The notes below the pieces were generated by a model. The model saw nothing but the letters and a program-made list of their open reading frames with translations, had not been told where the DNA came from and did no database searches. This document shows, in pieces, positions 50,461 to 59,537 of a DNA stretch of 64,000 bases. Made by a program: the position numbers and the translations under genes. Source of the stretch: Syntrophomonadaceae bacterium (GTDB lineage Bacteria; Bacillota; Dethiobacteria; DTU022); NCBI GenBank assembly GCA_007130825.1, contig SLRT01000033.1:489-64488 (forward strand). The letters run 5' to 3'. Each line of letters opens with the position of its first letter. Position 1 is the first letter of the stretch.

Positions 50461-50628
50461 ATGGCGGATAAAGAAAAAGGTATGTATTGTCCGATAGCAA
50501 TGGAGATTTGCAGCGTTGGAGAAGTTGAAGATGAAGACGAAATTCACGATTGTAAATTTTGGAGTGTTATAGATAACGAGTGTGAAATAAAAACATTTTT
50601 GTCGACCTTTAAGTTAAGTGGCAGGTAA
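50461..50628 (+). CDS. Small Cys-rich protein (55 aa, 4 Cys: CPIAMEIC...CKFWSVIDNEC). It falls below the size cutoff of the ORF track.
   Basis: Excellent RBS AGGAGGG 8 nt before ATG 50461. A PLDc_N gene follows. Hand translation: MADKEKGMYCPIAMEICSVGEVEDEDEIHDCKFWSVIDNECEIKTFLSTFKLSGR. Confidence 0.45.
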   Translation: MADKEKGMYCPIAMEICSVGEVEDEDEIHDCKFWSVIDNECEIKTFLSTFKLSGR

Positions 50629-50714
50629 ACAGTTAAGCTGAATTTTTTAAGGGATGCTGCGGAAAGGGATCCGGGCGATTACCTGCGGCAGGTAATAAAG
50701 GAGTTGATACCTTT

Positions 50715-50906
50715 TTGAACGGAGCATTTATAATAATTTTGCTCATGGTTTTGGTTATAAACCTGGCTTTAATTGCCTGGGCTATCACGGATATTATGCA
50801 GCGGAAGAGTGTAAAGTACCTGCCAAAGCCGGGCTGGATTGTTCTAATAGCATTTGTCCTTTTCGGGTCGATTATCTACCTTGCGGCCGGCCGGGGAAAA
50901 GATTGA
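50715..50906 (+). CDS. PLDc_N-type small membrane protein.
   Basis: Two TM helices with the WAITDIMQRK...GWIVLIAFVLFGSIIYLAAGR signature of PLD nuclease N-terminal domain proteins. RBS AAAGGAG. Confidence 0.7.
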   Translation: MNGAFIIILLMVLVINLALIAWAITDIMQRKSVKYLPKPGWIVLIAFVLFGSIIYLAAGRGKD

Positions 50907-50949
50907 GTGCAGTTTTGCAGTGAATTTACACGGAGATCAAGGTTAGCGG

Positions 50950-51897
50950 TTATGTCGTGTTTTCGGTAACCTGGCTGCTTTCTTGATACCTTTTTGGAAC
51001 AGCGGCGGCGAAATAATTGGTTCCCCAGACTCCGGCCAGTATTGCTGCAGTTCCGGCAAGATGATACCAGAAAACAAGTTCTCCTCGAAATACTACTCCG
51101 GCGGCAATAGCTACCACGGTGACCATATTGGCAAATACAGAACCCTGGGAAGCTGTAATTTTACTGAGGACATAATTATACAGGAAAAAGGCGGCTACTG
51201 ACGAAAATACTCCCAGGTAAATGATTGCTGTCCACATTTCGGCCAGGGGTGTGAAATAGTTTCCAATGTTACCCGCAGCGATATGCTGGGTCAGGGAAAT
51301 AATGTTGAAGACCACCGCCCCGACAACCATCATTATCCAGGTTGTTTGTATTGGCGAGTGGTCAACCGAAGCTTTACGGGAAGCGATCACAAAGCTTGCC
51401 CCGGCGATAACGGCGATCATTAATAAAAGGGTTCCCAGGGGATTTACCCCGGCAATAGACCGGGCGTCCATATAGATAATGAACAATGCTCCACTTACTG
51501 AGGCGATAATAAAAACCAGCTGTATCCAATTAGGGTATTCGCGTAGAAAAAGTGCTGCGAAGATAGCTACGAAAATGGGAATAACCGCAATCATCATCCC
51601 GGCATAAGAAGAAGACGTAAGCAGAATACCGGTTGTTTCCGCGGAAAAATATAAGATCGGCTGAAAAAGAGCCAGCGGCAAAAGGCTCAAGTAATCAGCC
51701 GGAGCGACATTAATATTTATTGCTCCAAAGGCCCGTAATAGTGCCATGGCTAAAACCGCGGCAGCGAAACGCAGGCCCAGCAAGTGAAAAGGAGCGAGGT
51801 GATCCAGCGCTCCCCTGGTAAAAATGAATGAAAAACCCCAGGTGAGGGCTACTCCTACACCGGCCAAATAGGGCAGGTAGCTTTCAACTCTTGACAA
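50950..51897 (-). CDS. DMT superfamily (EamA-like) transporter.
   Basis: 10 TM helices in two EamA repeats. Confidence 0.85.
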   Translation of the reverse strand: MSRVESYLPYLAGVGVALTWGFSFIFTRGALDHLAPFHLLGLRFAAAVLAMALLRAFGAININVAPADYLSLLPLALFQPILYFSAETTGILLTSSSYAGMMIAVIPIFVAIFAALFLREYPNWIQLVFIIASVSGALFIIYMDARSIAGVNPLGTLLLMIAVIAGASFVIASRKASVDHSPIQTTWIMMVVGAVVFNIISLTQHIAAGNIGNYFTPLAEMWTAIIYLGVFSSVAAFFLYNYVLSKITASQGSVFANMVTVVAIAAGVVFRGELVFWYHLAGTAAILAGVWGTNYFAAAVPKRYQESSQVTENTT

Positions 51898-52180
51898 AAT
51901 ATCTCAACCTTCTTTCCAGACTATGCATTACTATACAATAAACATTCTCAGCAGGAAAGGGTTATTTGAAAAATTGCTTGTATAAAAATTTTTTTTATAT
52001 AAAGCTTGAATCCTCTTGATTAAGTTATGTGAAAAAGGCTATTATAATGCAGGGTATAAATTCAAAAAACCATCCAGACAGCCATATGAGCTCACCTGCA
52101 AAACGACAACTTTTTATAGGCTGATTAATTCAGGCAGGGACTGGATTTATATAATAGATAAAAAAAGGGGGGTTATTCTT

Positions 52181-52993
52181 GTGCCGGTTTTAATGAAGAC
52201 AAAAGTTTCGGTAAAGGCGTTAATGGTGGTGTTGGTGCTTTTACTTCTGTCTGCCGGTTGCAGCAGAACAGTAGTTACCGAGGAATTATTCCTGTCTTAC
52301 AAAGTTAGAGCAGGAACAGTGCTGGACATTTACAACCCGAACGGAGAGGTAACAATTAGCGGATGGGAAGAAAATGAGGTGGAGATCTCTGTAGTAAAAG
52401 AAACTTATCACGGACAGGACGCACTGGATAAAGTCGATATTTTTATTGATATCGCCGAGAAAATGGTTATTGAAACCGAGCACCCTGATTCCCGTAATAA
52501 TGTAACCGTAAGCTATGAAATTAAGCTTCCTGAAGATGTCCTGGTTGGAGTAGTTGATTGTTCAAACGGAAATATAAATGTGCAGGGTGTAAACGGTAAC
52601 CCTGTAATTTCCACCTCCAATGGAAATGTAACCGTAAATGAGGTTAAAGGTATAATATCTGCCCGCAGCAGCAACGGCGATCTGATTGTCGGCGAGGTGA
52701 ACGGCCTGGCCTACCTGCGGACTTCTAACGGTAATATTGAAGCTGATTTGCCTGATGTGCAGGAAGATCTGGAGATTATAACCAGTAATGGCTCCATCGA
52801 CCTGTTTATCGCTCATGACCTGGCCGTTGATCTTGAGGCAAATACATCAAACGGAAAGATCAGTTATAGCAATCTCGATATCGAGCCTTCTTTGGTGGAG
52901 CAGACAGCGCTAATCGGGGAAATGAACGGTGGTGGTCCAAAGCTTAATATCTCTACTTCGAACGGATCGATCGAATTAGCGCAGTTGCATTAA
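52181..52993 (+). CDS. DUF4097-family beta-strand-repeat lipoprotein.
   Basis: Signal peptide with lipobox LSAGC and repeated (S/T)SNG(N/D/S)I blocks. GTG 52181 lies 8 nt after the RBS AAGGGGGG. Confidence 0.75.
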   Translation: MPVLMKTKVSVKALMVVLVLLLLSAGCSRTVVTEELFLSYKVRAGTVLDIYNPNGEVTISGWEENEVEISVVKETYHGQDALDKVDIFIDIAEKMVIETEHPDSRNNVTVSYEIKLPEDVLVGVVDCSNGNINVQGVNGNPVISTSNGNVTVNEVKGIISARSSNGDLIVGEVNGLAYLRTSNGNIEADLPDVQEDLEIITSNGSIDLFIAHDLAVDLEANTSNGKISYSNLDIEPSLVEQTALIGEMNGGGPKLNISTSNGSIELAQLH

Positions 52994-53061
52994 CGGGCCA
53001 GGGAGAATCAGGGTTAAGCGGTATTGTCCCCTGGCGTGAAGGAACCTCTTGCCGCACTGCT

Positions 53062-53355
53062 GTGGGCCATTATAACCCACTGGTTATCCTGGCTTTTATT
53101 GCCTTAAAATATATCCTGCTTACCCAGTCTTTACACAAGGTTGCTGTTGCTGTCATTATGACAGCGGTGGTTTTAATTGCTGCCAAGCTCCTGGGATCGA
53201 ACCCGAAAATCTTTGTAACCGCTTTAATAATCGGGACATCGGCTGGCTTTATGATGCCTTCCGGACACCAAATCCCGATGGCCCTGCTGTCCAGAGGCCG
53301 GGCAATTACCAGGTTAAAGATTATCTTAAGTATACAGCAGGTCTGGGCTTGCTGA
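53062..53355 (+). pseudogene. C-terminal remnant of an anion permease (ArsB/NhaD or DASS-like), continuing frameshifted to about 53450.
   Basis: TM-rich 97-aa ORF with no plausible N-terminus. The adjacent +1 frame encodes a typical terminal TM helix (LLILLVVTFVAPLIWPF). Confidence 0.4.
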
Positions 53356-53550
53356 TTCTGCTGGTTGTCACTTTCGTTGCTCCCCTAATCTGGCCTTTTT
53401 TGAATAAGTATTTGCAGGTAATACAGGGAATATGTCGAAAAGTATGTAACTATATTGTTTAAGATAAAATAATCTGATCCGCTGATTGAAATTCAACTTA
53501 TTGTGTTGATTAAATTTACCGGGTTGTTAAGGTGAGGGAGATGAAATAAT

Positions 53551-54180
53551 TTGAAAGCAATTAAATTGACCATGTTGCTGTTTATTTCACTTCTGGTTGT
53601 AATTGTTTTTGCTGCAGCCGGCTGCAGCCCTGATCGGGAACCAGACGAGGAAGTTATTGATCTAGAAGTTACTGAGCAAATGGAGCCGCCAGATCAAGAG
53701 GAAGTTAAAGCCGAAAAGCCGATGCTCACTGCAAATTACTTCTGGCCCTGGATCAGCCATGGCCAGATTGTGCTTTCCAGCGGTGAAATAATTGACGGCC
53801 CCAGTTTTTATGAATCAGACATGGGCTTTGTGGCTGAATTTACCGAGGAGTATGATTACAGCGGGCGGTTAGTCTGGTTGGTCGAAAAGACAGATGTTTT
53901 TGATCTTCAATGGGCAACGCTTTCTTTTAATGTCGATTATTATGAGCAGAATGAAAAGGCGTTTGATTTTTACCTGACATTCAAGATTGACGATCTTGAG
54001 CCCGAACCGGGTGATAAAGGTGTTCAGGAATTTGCAGTGGATCTCGTCGAGGAAGAAAGAGGTTTTGTTGTCGCTATCGACAATATCATTCTGGGCAAAG
54101 AGCAGGAAAGCACTTTTGCGACTGACCCCATTAATTATGTGGCCCTGGAAATAGAAGTAAAAGTAGTTGATCAACCTTAA
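53551..54180 (+). CDS. Hypothetical lipoprotein.
   Basis: Signal peptide with lipobox AAAGC, an acidic linker, RBS GAGGGAG. Confidence 0.6.
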   Translation: MKAIKLTMLLFISLLVVIVFAAAGCSPDREPDEEVIDLEVTEQMEPPDQEEVKAEKPMLTANYFWPWISHGQIVLSSGEIIDGPSFYESDMGFVAEFTEEYDYSGRLVWLVEKTDVFDLQWATLSFNVDYYEQNEKAFDFYLTFKIDDLEPEPGDKGVQEFAVDLVEEERGFVVAIDNIILGKEQESTFATDPINYVALEIEVKVVDQP

Positions 54181-54197
54181 AGAAAAAGGAGTGCTTC

Positions 54198-56195
54198 ATG
54201 TTGAATACAATTGATGAAACAGCCGTAAACACAATTCGCTTCCTTGCTGTAGACGCCGTTGAAAAGGCCGGTTCCGGACATCCGGGTCTGCCTATGGGCG
54301 GGGCAGCTATAGGCTATACTTTATGGTCCCGGTTTCTTAAGCATAGCCCCGATAATCCCAACTGGCCTGACCGCGACCGGTTTGTTCTTTCAGCCGGTCA
54401 CGGGTCGATGCTGCTTTATGCCCTGCTTCATCTTTCTGGTTATGAACTTTCATTGGATGAAATAAAAAATTTTCGCCAGTGGGGCAGCAGGACTCCGGGC
54501 CACCCTGAATTCAAGCACACCCCCGGTGTAGAAACGACTACCGGTCCACTGGGACAGGGCTTTGCCAATGCTGTCGGAATGGCTGTTGCCGAAAAGCGTT
54601 TGTCTGCGGAATTTAATCGGCCGGGCTACCCGCTCGTCGATCACCATACCTACATCTATGCCGGAGATGGCTGTATGATGGAAGGAATTACTTCGGAAGC
54701 GGCTTCCCTGGCCGGGCATCTACAGCTCGGTAAGTTAATCTGTTTATATGATGATAACCAGATCACCATCGATGGCAGCACCGATCTTACCTTTACCGAG
54801 GATGTCGGCGGCAGGTTTGAAGCTTACGGCTGGCAGGTGCTGAAAGTGCACGAGGGAAACCGGATTGAGCTGCTCACAGAGGCCATTGCCGAAGCGAAAC
54901 AGGAGGCGGATCGCCCCAGCTTAATTATGATTCGCACCGAGATCGGTTACGGATCTCCCGGAAAGCAGGGAACTGCGGGAGTTCACGGTGCACCGCTCGG
55001 ATCAGAAGAAACGGTGAAAACTAAACAAAATCTTGGTTGGCCATTAGAACCGGCATTTCATGTCCCCCCGGAAGTTTATTCGCACTTTGTCAAATATAAA
55101 GAGTCTTTGAATGCAAGGAAGGAAGAGTGGGATGCTCTTTATAGTGATTACCGCAGTGAATATCCTGAGCTGGCGGAAAAGTGGGAGGCCTGGTTTTCCG
55201 GAGAAGTGCCGGATAAATTAGCTGACGATCACCGGCTGTGGGATTTTGGCGATCAATTACTGGCTACCCGGGCCGCTTCAGGTCAGGTAATGCAGGTGTT
55301 AGCTGAATACCTGCCCAACATGTTTGGCGGCTCGGCAGATCTGGGCGGTTCCGTCGGTACTTTTTTAGAAGGACGGGGTGATTTTCAGGCCGCTAATCCC
55401 ACCGGCAGCAATATTTACTTTGGGGTCCGCGAGCATGCCATGGCTGCAGTTCTTTCAGGCATATTTCTTCATGGCGGCCTGCGTCCCTTCGGTTCAACAT
55501 TTCTCGTATTTTTTGATTACATGAAACCGGCGGTCAGGCTGGCGGCGTTGATGGGCCTGTCCGTGGTCTTTATTTACTCACATGACAGTTTCGCTGTCGG
55601 TGAAGATGGTCCTACGCACCAACCGGTAGAACAACTGTCCAACCTGCGCTCTATCCCCAATATGCATGTGCTCAGGCCGGCAGACGGCGCAGAAACTGCG
55701 GCGGCCTGGCTGCACATCCTGAAGCGCCGCTGCGGTCCTTCAGCCCTGATCCTATCCCGCCAGAAGCTTCCTCAACTGACCGGAACGGGTAAAAAAGCTC
55801 TCCGGGGTGGTTATATTATCAGCCGGGAAAAAGGTGAAAAATCTGATTTGATCCTGGTTGCCAGCGGTTCTGAGCTTAATCTCGCTTTGCAGGCTCAGAA
55901 AGAACTGCAGGATAAAGGTTATGCCGTGCGTGTGGTCAGCATGGTCAGCCGGGAACTGTTCCTGGCCCAGGACGAAGATTACCGGGAAGAAGTATTACCG
56001 GCTGCAGTGGAACGAAGACTGATTGTCGAGGCGGCTCTACCCATGGGCTGGGAAAGTTTTACCGGTCCTAAAGGAGCGGTGTTCGGCATCGATGATTTTG
56101 GAGCATCGGCACCGGGGTCGGTGGTGATGGAGAAGCGGGGGATGAGCGCCGCTAATCTAGTTGATAGAGCAGAGCAACTGCTTACAAAAAAATAA
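54198..56195 (+). CDS. tkt: Transketolase.
   Basis: [12 protein letters not shown], full-length 665 aa. RBS AAGGAG. Confidence 0.95.
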   Translation: MLNTIDETAVNTIRFLAVDAVEKAGSGHPGLPMGGAAIGYTLWSRFLKHSPDNPNWPDRDRFVLSAGHGSMLLYALLHLSGYELSLDEIKNFRQWGSRTPGHPEFKHTPGVETTTGPLGQGFANAVGMAVAEKRLSAEFNRPGYPLVDHHTYIYAGDGCMMEGITSEAASLAGHLQLGKLICLYDDNQITIDGSTDLTFTEDVGGRFEAYGWQVLKVHEGNRIELLTEAIAEAKQEADRPSLIMIRTEIGYGSPGKQGTAGVHGAPLGSEETVKTKQNLGWPLEPAFHVPPEVYSHFVKYKESLNARKEEWDALYSDYRSEYPELAEKWEAWFSGEVPDKLADDHRLWDFGDQLLATRAASGQVMQVLAEYLPNMFGGSADLGGSVGTFLEGRGDFQAANPTGSNIYFGVREHAMAAVLSGIFLHGGLRPFGSTFLVFFDYMKPAVRLAALMGLSVVFIYSHDSFAVGEDGPTHQPVEQLSNLRSIPNMHVLRPADGAETAAAWLHILKRRCGPSALILSRQKLPQLTGTGKKALRGGYIISREKGEKSDLILVASGSELNLALQAQKELQDKGYAVRVVSMVSRELFLAQDEDYREEVLPAAVERRLIVEAALPMGWESFTGPKGAVFGIDDFGASAPGSVVMEKRGMSAANLVDRAEQLLTKK

Positions 56196-56898
56196 CAAGC
56201 ATAATTTAAAACCGGTAAACACCGATCAGACCTTTCAATCTACTTTAATTATAAAATAACGGGCTCTAATCACTTATCAAAATTCTTACTATTGTTGTTC
56301 AGCTCCCAAATTTCTTATATTTACAGCAAAAACAATTTTGTAATTGTATGGTTATTTAAAGGGATAAGCCGGCTAAAGAATCAAAGTTTGAAGGTATTGA
56401 ACCGGAACTGTTGCAGCTGGACCAGGATTTATATGAACAGGATTTCTAGTATATGAAGGCAGGATCGCGCAGGAACCCGGTATTTAAAGGTTTTATGGTT
56501 GTTTTTAGGAACCGGTGTTATAAATTCCCGCTAGTTATAGTCAACAAGAAATGGCTCCGTCTTGGCGATATGGCGGCCAGGGCCCAGGTAATTAATGTTA
56601 AAGACTATTGCTGAGGAAAGTGAATAAACAAAGGCATTATCAATTGTAATCGAAAAGCGGGCAAGAAGTTGCCGGATATTTCGTTTGGATATTCTTTCAG
56701 GCGCCGGGCGCTTATTGATCTATCCATTAGCTTCAGGGCATGCTTACATCACCAGGCACAACCTGCTAAGCGGTAATAAAGTCCTTAAAGGCTGGGTGGT
56801 TTCCGGCAAGTAAGCAGTCCTGGAAGTGACAGTAAGTGCTGGTAGTAAAACTGTTTGCACTGTGTATTAAGATATTTAGTTGTTTGGGGGGAGCAGCA

Positions 56899-57759
56899 GT
56901 GGATAATAAATCAACAGGCCCCGCTAAAAGCGGATCACCGGGGCTGGCGGGAAGAAAAGTTCTTTTTATTATTGTGCCTGTCACCATCTTTATTGTTTTA
57001 CTGTCCGGTAATATTTTTTTGCTAAGCGAGAGAGCAGAAAATGAAATAATGCTTGCAAAGCTAAACGAAAAATTGGAAGATGTAAATGAGGACAAAGCAT
57101 CGCTTGAAGATGACATTGAAGCATTGAAAAAAGAGATGTGCGCAATTAAAGCAGAAGAAGAGGTAAAGAAAGAAAAAGAGGAAATATTTGAGTTGGAGGG
57201 TCTGGTGGAAGTAAGGGATTTTGATGCCACTATTGAGGTTAATCTGCTTTACGCCTCGGAAGAGAACTTTACGGGGCAGCAGCTATATCCGGTGGAGGTT
57301 TGCCTTTTGCAAAGGGGCACTGCTGAAAAACTGGCTGCTGCAAATGATCAGTTTGCCAAAGACGGTTATCGCCTGAAAATCTGGGATGCTTACCGGCCCC
57401 TGGGCGTGCAAAAGAAATTATGGGAGTATATGCCAAACGGCATATACGTGGCTGACCCGGAAGTAGGTTCAAATCACAACCGCGGCGCTGCTGTTGATGT
57501 CACCCTGGTCGATGAAAAGGGCGAGAAATTAAAGATGCCCACCTGTTTCGATGTTTTTACAGCAGAGGCCTCGCGCAGTTATCCGGATATGCCTGAAGAA
57601 GCCAGGAATAATATGGAGTACCTGACTGAAGTAATGGTTAGAAACGGTTTTACAACCATTGAAAGTGAATGGTGGCATTTTAATGATGCTGATGTCGGAA
57701 AATATGCACTGCAGGACCTTGCTTTGGAGGAATTTGTCAACGAATACTTTTCCCGGTGA
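56899..57759 (+). CDS. M15D D-Ala-D-Ala dipeptidase (VanX-like) with an N-terminal membrane anchor and coiled coil.
   Basis: YRPLGVQKKLWEY, SNHNRGAAVDVTL, EWWHF motifs. GTG 56899 with RBS GGGGGGA. The track starts at 56836. Confidence 0.8.
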   Translation: MDNKSTGPAKSGSPGLAGRKVLFIIVPVTIFIVLLSGNIFLLSERAENEIMLAKLNEKLEDVNEDKASLEDDIEALKKEMCAIKAEEEVKKEKEEIFELEGLVEVRDFDATIEVNLLYASEENFTGQQLYPVEVCLLQRGTAEKLAAANDQFAKDGYRLKIWDAYRPLGVQKKLWEYMPNGIYVADPEVGSNHNRGAAVDVTLVDEKGEKLKMPTCFDVFTAEASRSYPDMPEEARNNMEYLTEVMVRNGFTTIESEWWHFNDADVGKYALQDLALEEFVNEYFSR

Positions 57760-57914
57760 CTGGGCAGATGAATTATTATTTTTAATCGGGGCTTGGCAGG
57801 GATATGGTTCAAGAAATAGAACTAAGTTATGAATAGTATGGCCTGTTATATCAATTACTTGGATAATATAAACATTCAGGCTGAGGTTTAGTTTCAGGGG
57901 AGGAAACAGCTGAA

Positions 57915-58841
57915 ATGAGTAGGACGACCAAAAAAAGGTGCTTTCCACTCTGGATTATATTCATACTTGTTATTTTAGTAATTGGTTTGCCGGCGGTGTT
58001 GCTATACTCTGATATACCGGATCTTTCAAAATACGTGCTTGATGACAGCAAGCCCGAACCTGTGGACGAGCCTGATAACACTCGTGCTGAATTGGAAGAA
58101 GAAGAGCCTGGGGAGGATTACGAGCGCGAAATTTCCGATCCTTTTGAAGATGATAACCAAAAAGAGGTTGAAAACAAGATCACAGAAGAAGGTAGCGAAG
58201 ATAAAGAAGAACTTGTTAACGATAAAAACGATTCTGATCACGATCATGAATCAGATTTAAAAGTGGTTTCTGATGGAGATTACCTTTTAACCCTGGTTAC
58301 GAAAGAAACAACCCTGAAAAGTAGATATGTGCCTTCCAATCTTCAGCCGATTCCTTCTTACATGAATCCTTCTTACGACATGCAGTTACGAGAGGAAGCC
58401 CTCTGGCACTTGAAAGAATTATGGGATGCGGCCAACGAAGAGGGCGTAACTTTAAGTATTCGTTCTGCTTACCGCAGTTATGCCACTCAAAAGCGTATAT
58501 TTGAAAATTTTGCCGACCAGCATGGAGAAAAAGAAGCTAACCGGTTTAGCGCCCGGCCCGGACAGTCCGAACACCAGCTGGGCACCACGGTCGATTTTGG
58601 GGGCAGCAATGTTGATTTTTCGGCTGAGTTTGGCCAAACGGATCAAGGGCGGTGGTTAGCCGAAAATGCCCACTCCTTTGGCTTCGCTATGAGCTATCCC
58701 GAAGGTAAAGAGCATATTACCGGTTATGTCTACGAACCCTGGCATTACCGCTATATCGGGGTTGATGAGGCCGTTGAGTGGAAGGAATCGGGTCTGACGC
58801 TCAAAGAGTACTTAGAAAACCAGCCGCAGTATTTTGATTAA
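57915..58841 (+). CDS. M15B D-alanyl-D-alanine carboxypeptidase (VanY-like) with an N-terminal membrane anchor and an acidic linker.
   Basis: SAYRSYATQ, SEHQLGTTVDF, EPWHYRY motifs. Confidence 0.8.
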   Translation: MSRTTKKRCFPLWIIFILVILVIGLPAVLLYSDIPDLSKYVLDDSKPEPVDEPDNTRAELEEEEPGEDYEREISDPFEDDNQKEVENKITEEGSEDKEELVNDKNDSDHDHESDLKVVSDGDYLLTLVTKETTLKSRYVPSNLQPIPSYMNPSYDMQLREEALWHLKELWDAANEEGVTLSIRSAYRSYATQKRIFENFADQHGEKEANRFSARPGQSEHQLGTTVDFGGSNVDFSAEFGQTDQGRWLAENAHSFGFAMSYPEGKEHITGYVYEPWHYRYIGVDEAVEWKESGLTLKEYLENQPQYFD

Positions 58842-58989
58842 CCCGGGTTCTTGTAGTTTGGCTCAACCTGTAATTGTTTATTAATACTTGCAATTTAGAG
58901 AAGAATACCTTATTATTGTCTTTAGAATGAAATGTGTTGATGATGGAACGAATGTCTTATAATTAATGATCTATTTAGGAGGTTTTATT

Positions 58990-59346
58990 ATGACTAACGG
59001 AATGCAGTTAAGCCAGGATGATAAAACGTTTGGAATGCTGGCTCATCTCGCGGCCCTGGCCGGATTTGTAATTCCTTTTGGCAACCTTATCGGCCCGCTG
59101 ATAGTCTGGTTAATGAAAAAAGACCAGTCTTCATGGGTTGATAAGCAGGGCAAGGAATCATTAAATTTCCAAATCAGTGTGAGCATCTATGCTATTGTTG
59201 CCGGTATCCTGACTCTTATACTTATCGGGATTTTATTACTGATTGCAGTGGGCATATTTTCCCTGGTTATGATCATTATCGCCTCTGTCAGGGTAAGCAA
59301 TGGAGAGGATTTTAAATATCCACTCAGTATTCCATTTATCAAATAA
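58990..59346 (+). CDS. DUF4870 family membrane protein.
   Basis: AHLAALAGFVIPFGNLIGPLIVWLMKKD signature. RBS TAGGAGG before ATG 58990. Confidence 0.75.
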   Translation: MTNGMQLSQDDKTFGMLAHLAALAGFVIPFGNLIGPLIVWLMKKDQSSWVDKQGKESLNFQISVSIYAIVAGILTLILIGILLLIAVGIFSLVMIIIASVRVSNGEDFKYPLSIPFIK

Positions 59347-59537
59347 CTGGCAGTTACTAGATCCTAATTTCAAAAAAAGGATAGGCTTAAAAAAACCTTT
59401 AACCTGTCCTTTTTGTAACTCTAAAGCGCTATTTGTTCAAAATAAAGCTCTACATTTCCGGGTGACTTGGCAAAATATTTTTGACGGTCTGATCTTAATT
59501 ATGATCTGGTCAAACCGGAAAAAGGAGTGTTTTTAAC

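Noticed and set aside
56766-57230. A 154-aa minus-strand ORF rich in Ser, Phe and Ala.
   Set aside because: It is low-complexity and antisense to the well-supported VanX-like gene. Typical of a shadow ORF.
59300-59536. A 78-aa ORF between the DUF4870 gene and the radical SAM gene.
   Set aside because: It overlaps the DUF4870 3' end and a terminator-like hairpin (59366-59410), has no RBS, and its composition does not look coding.
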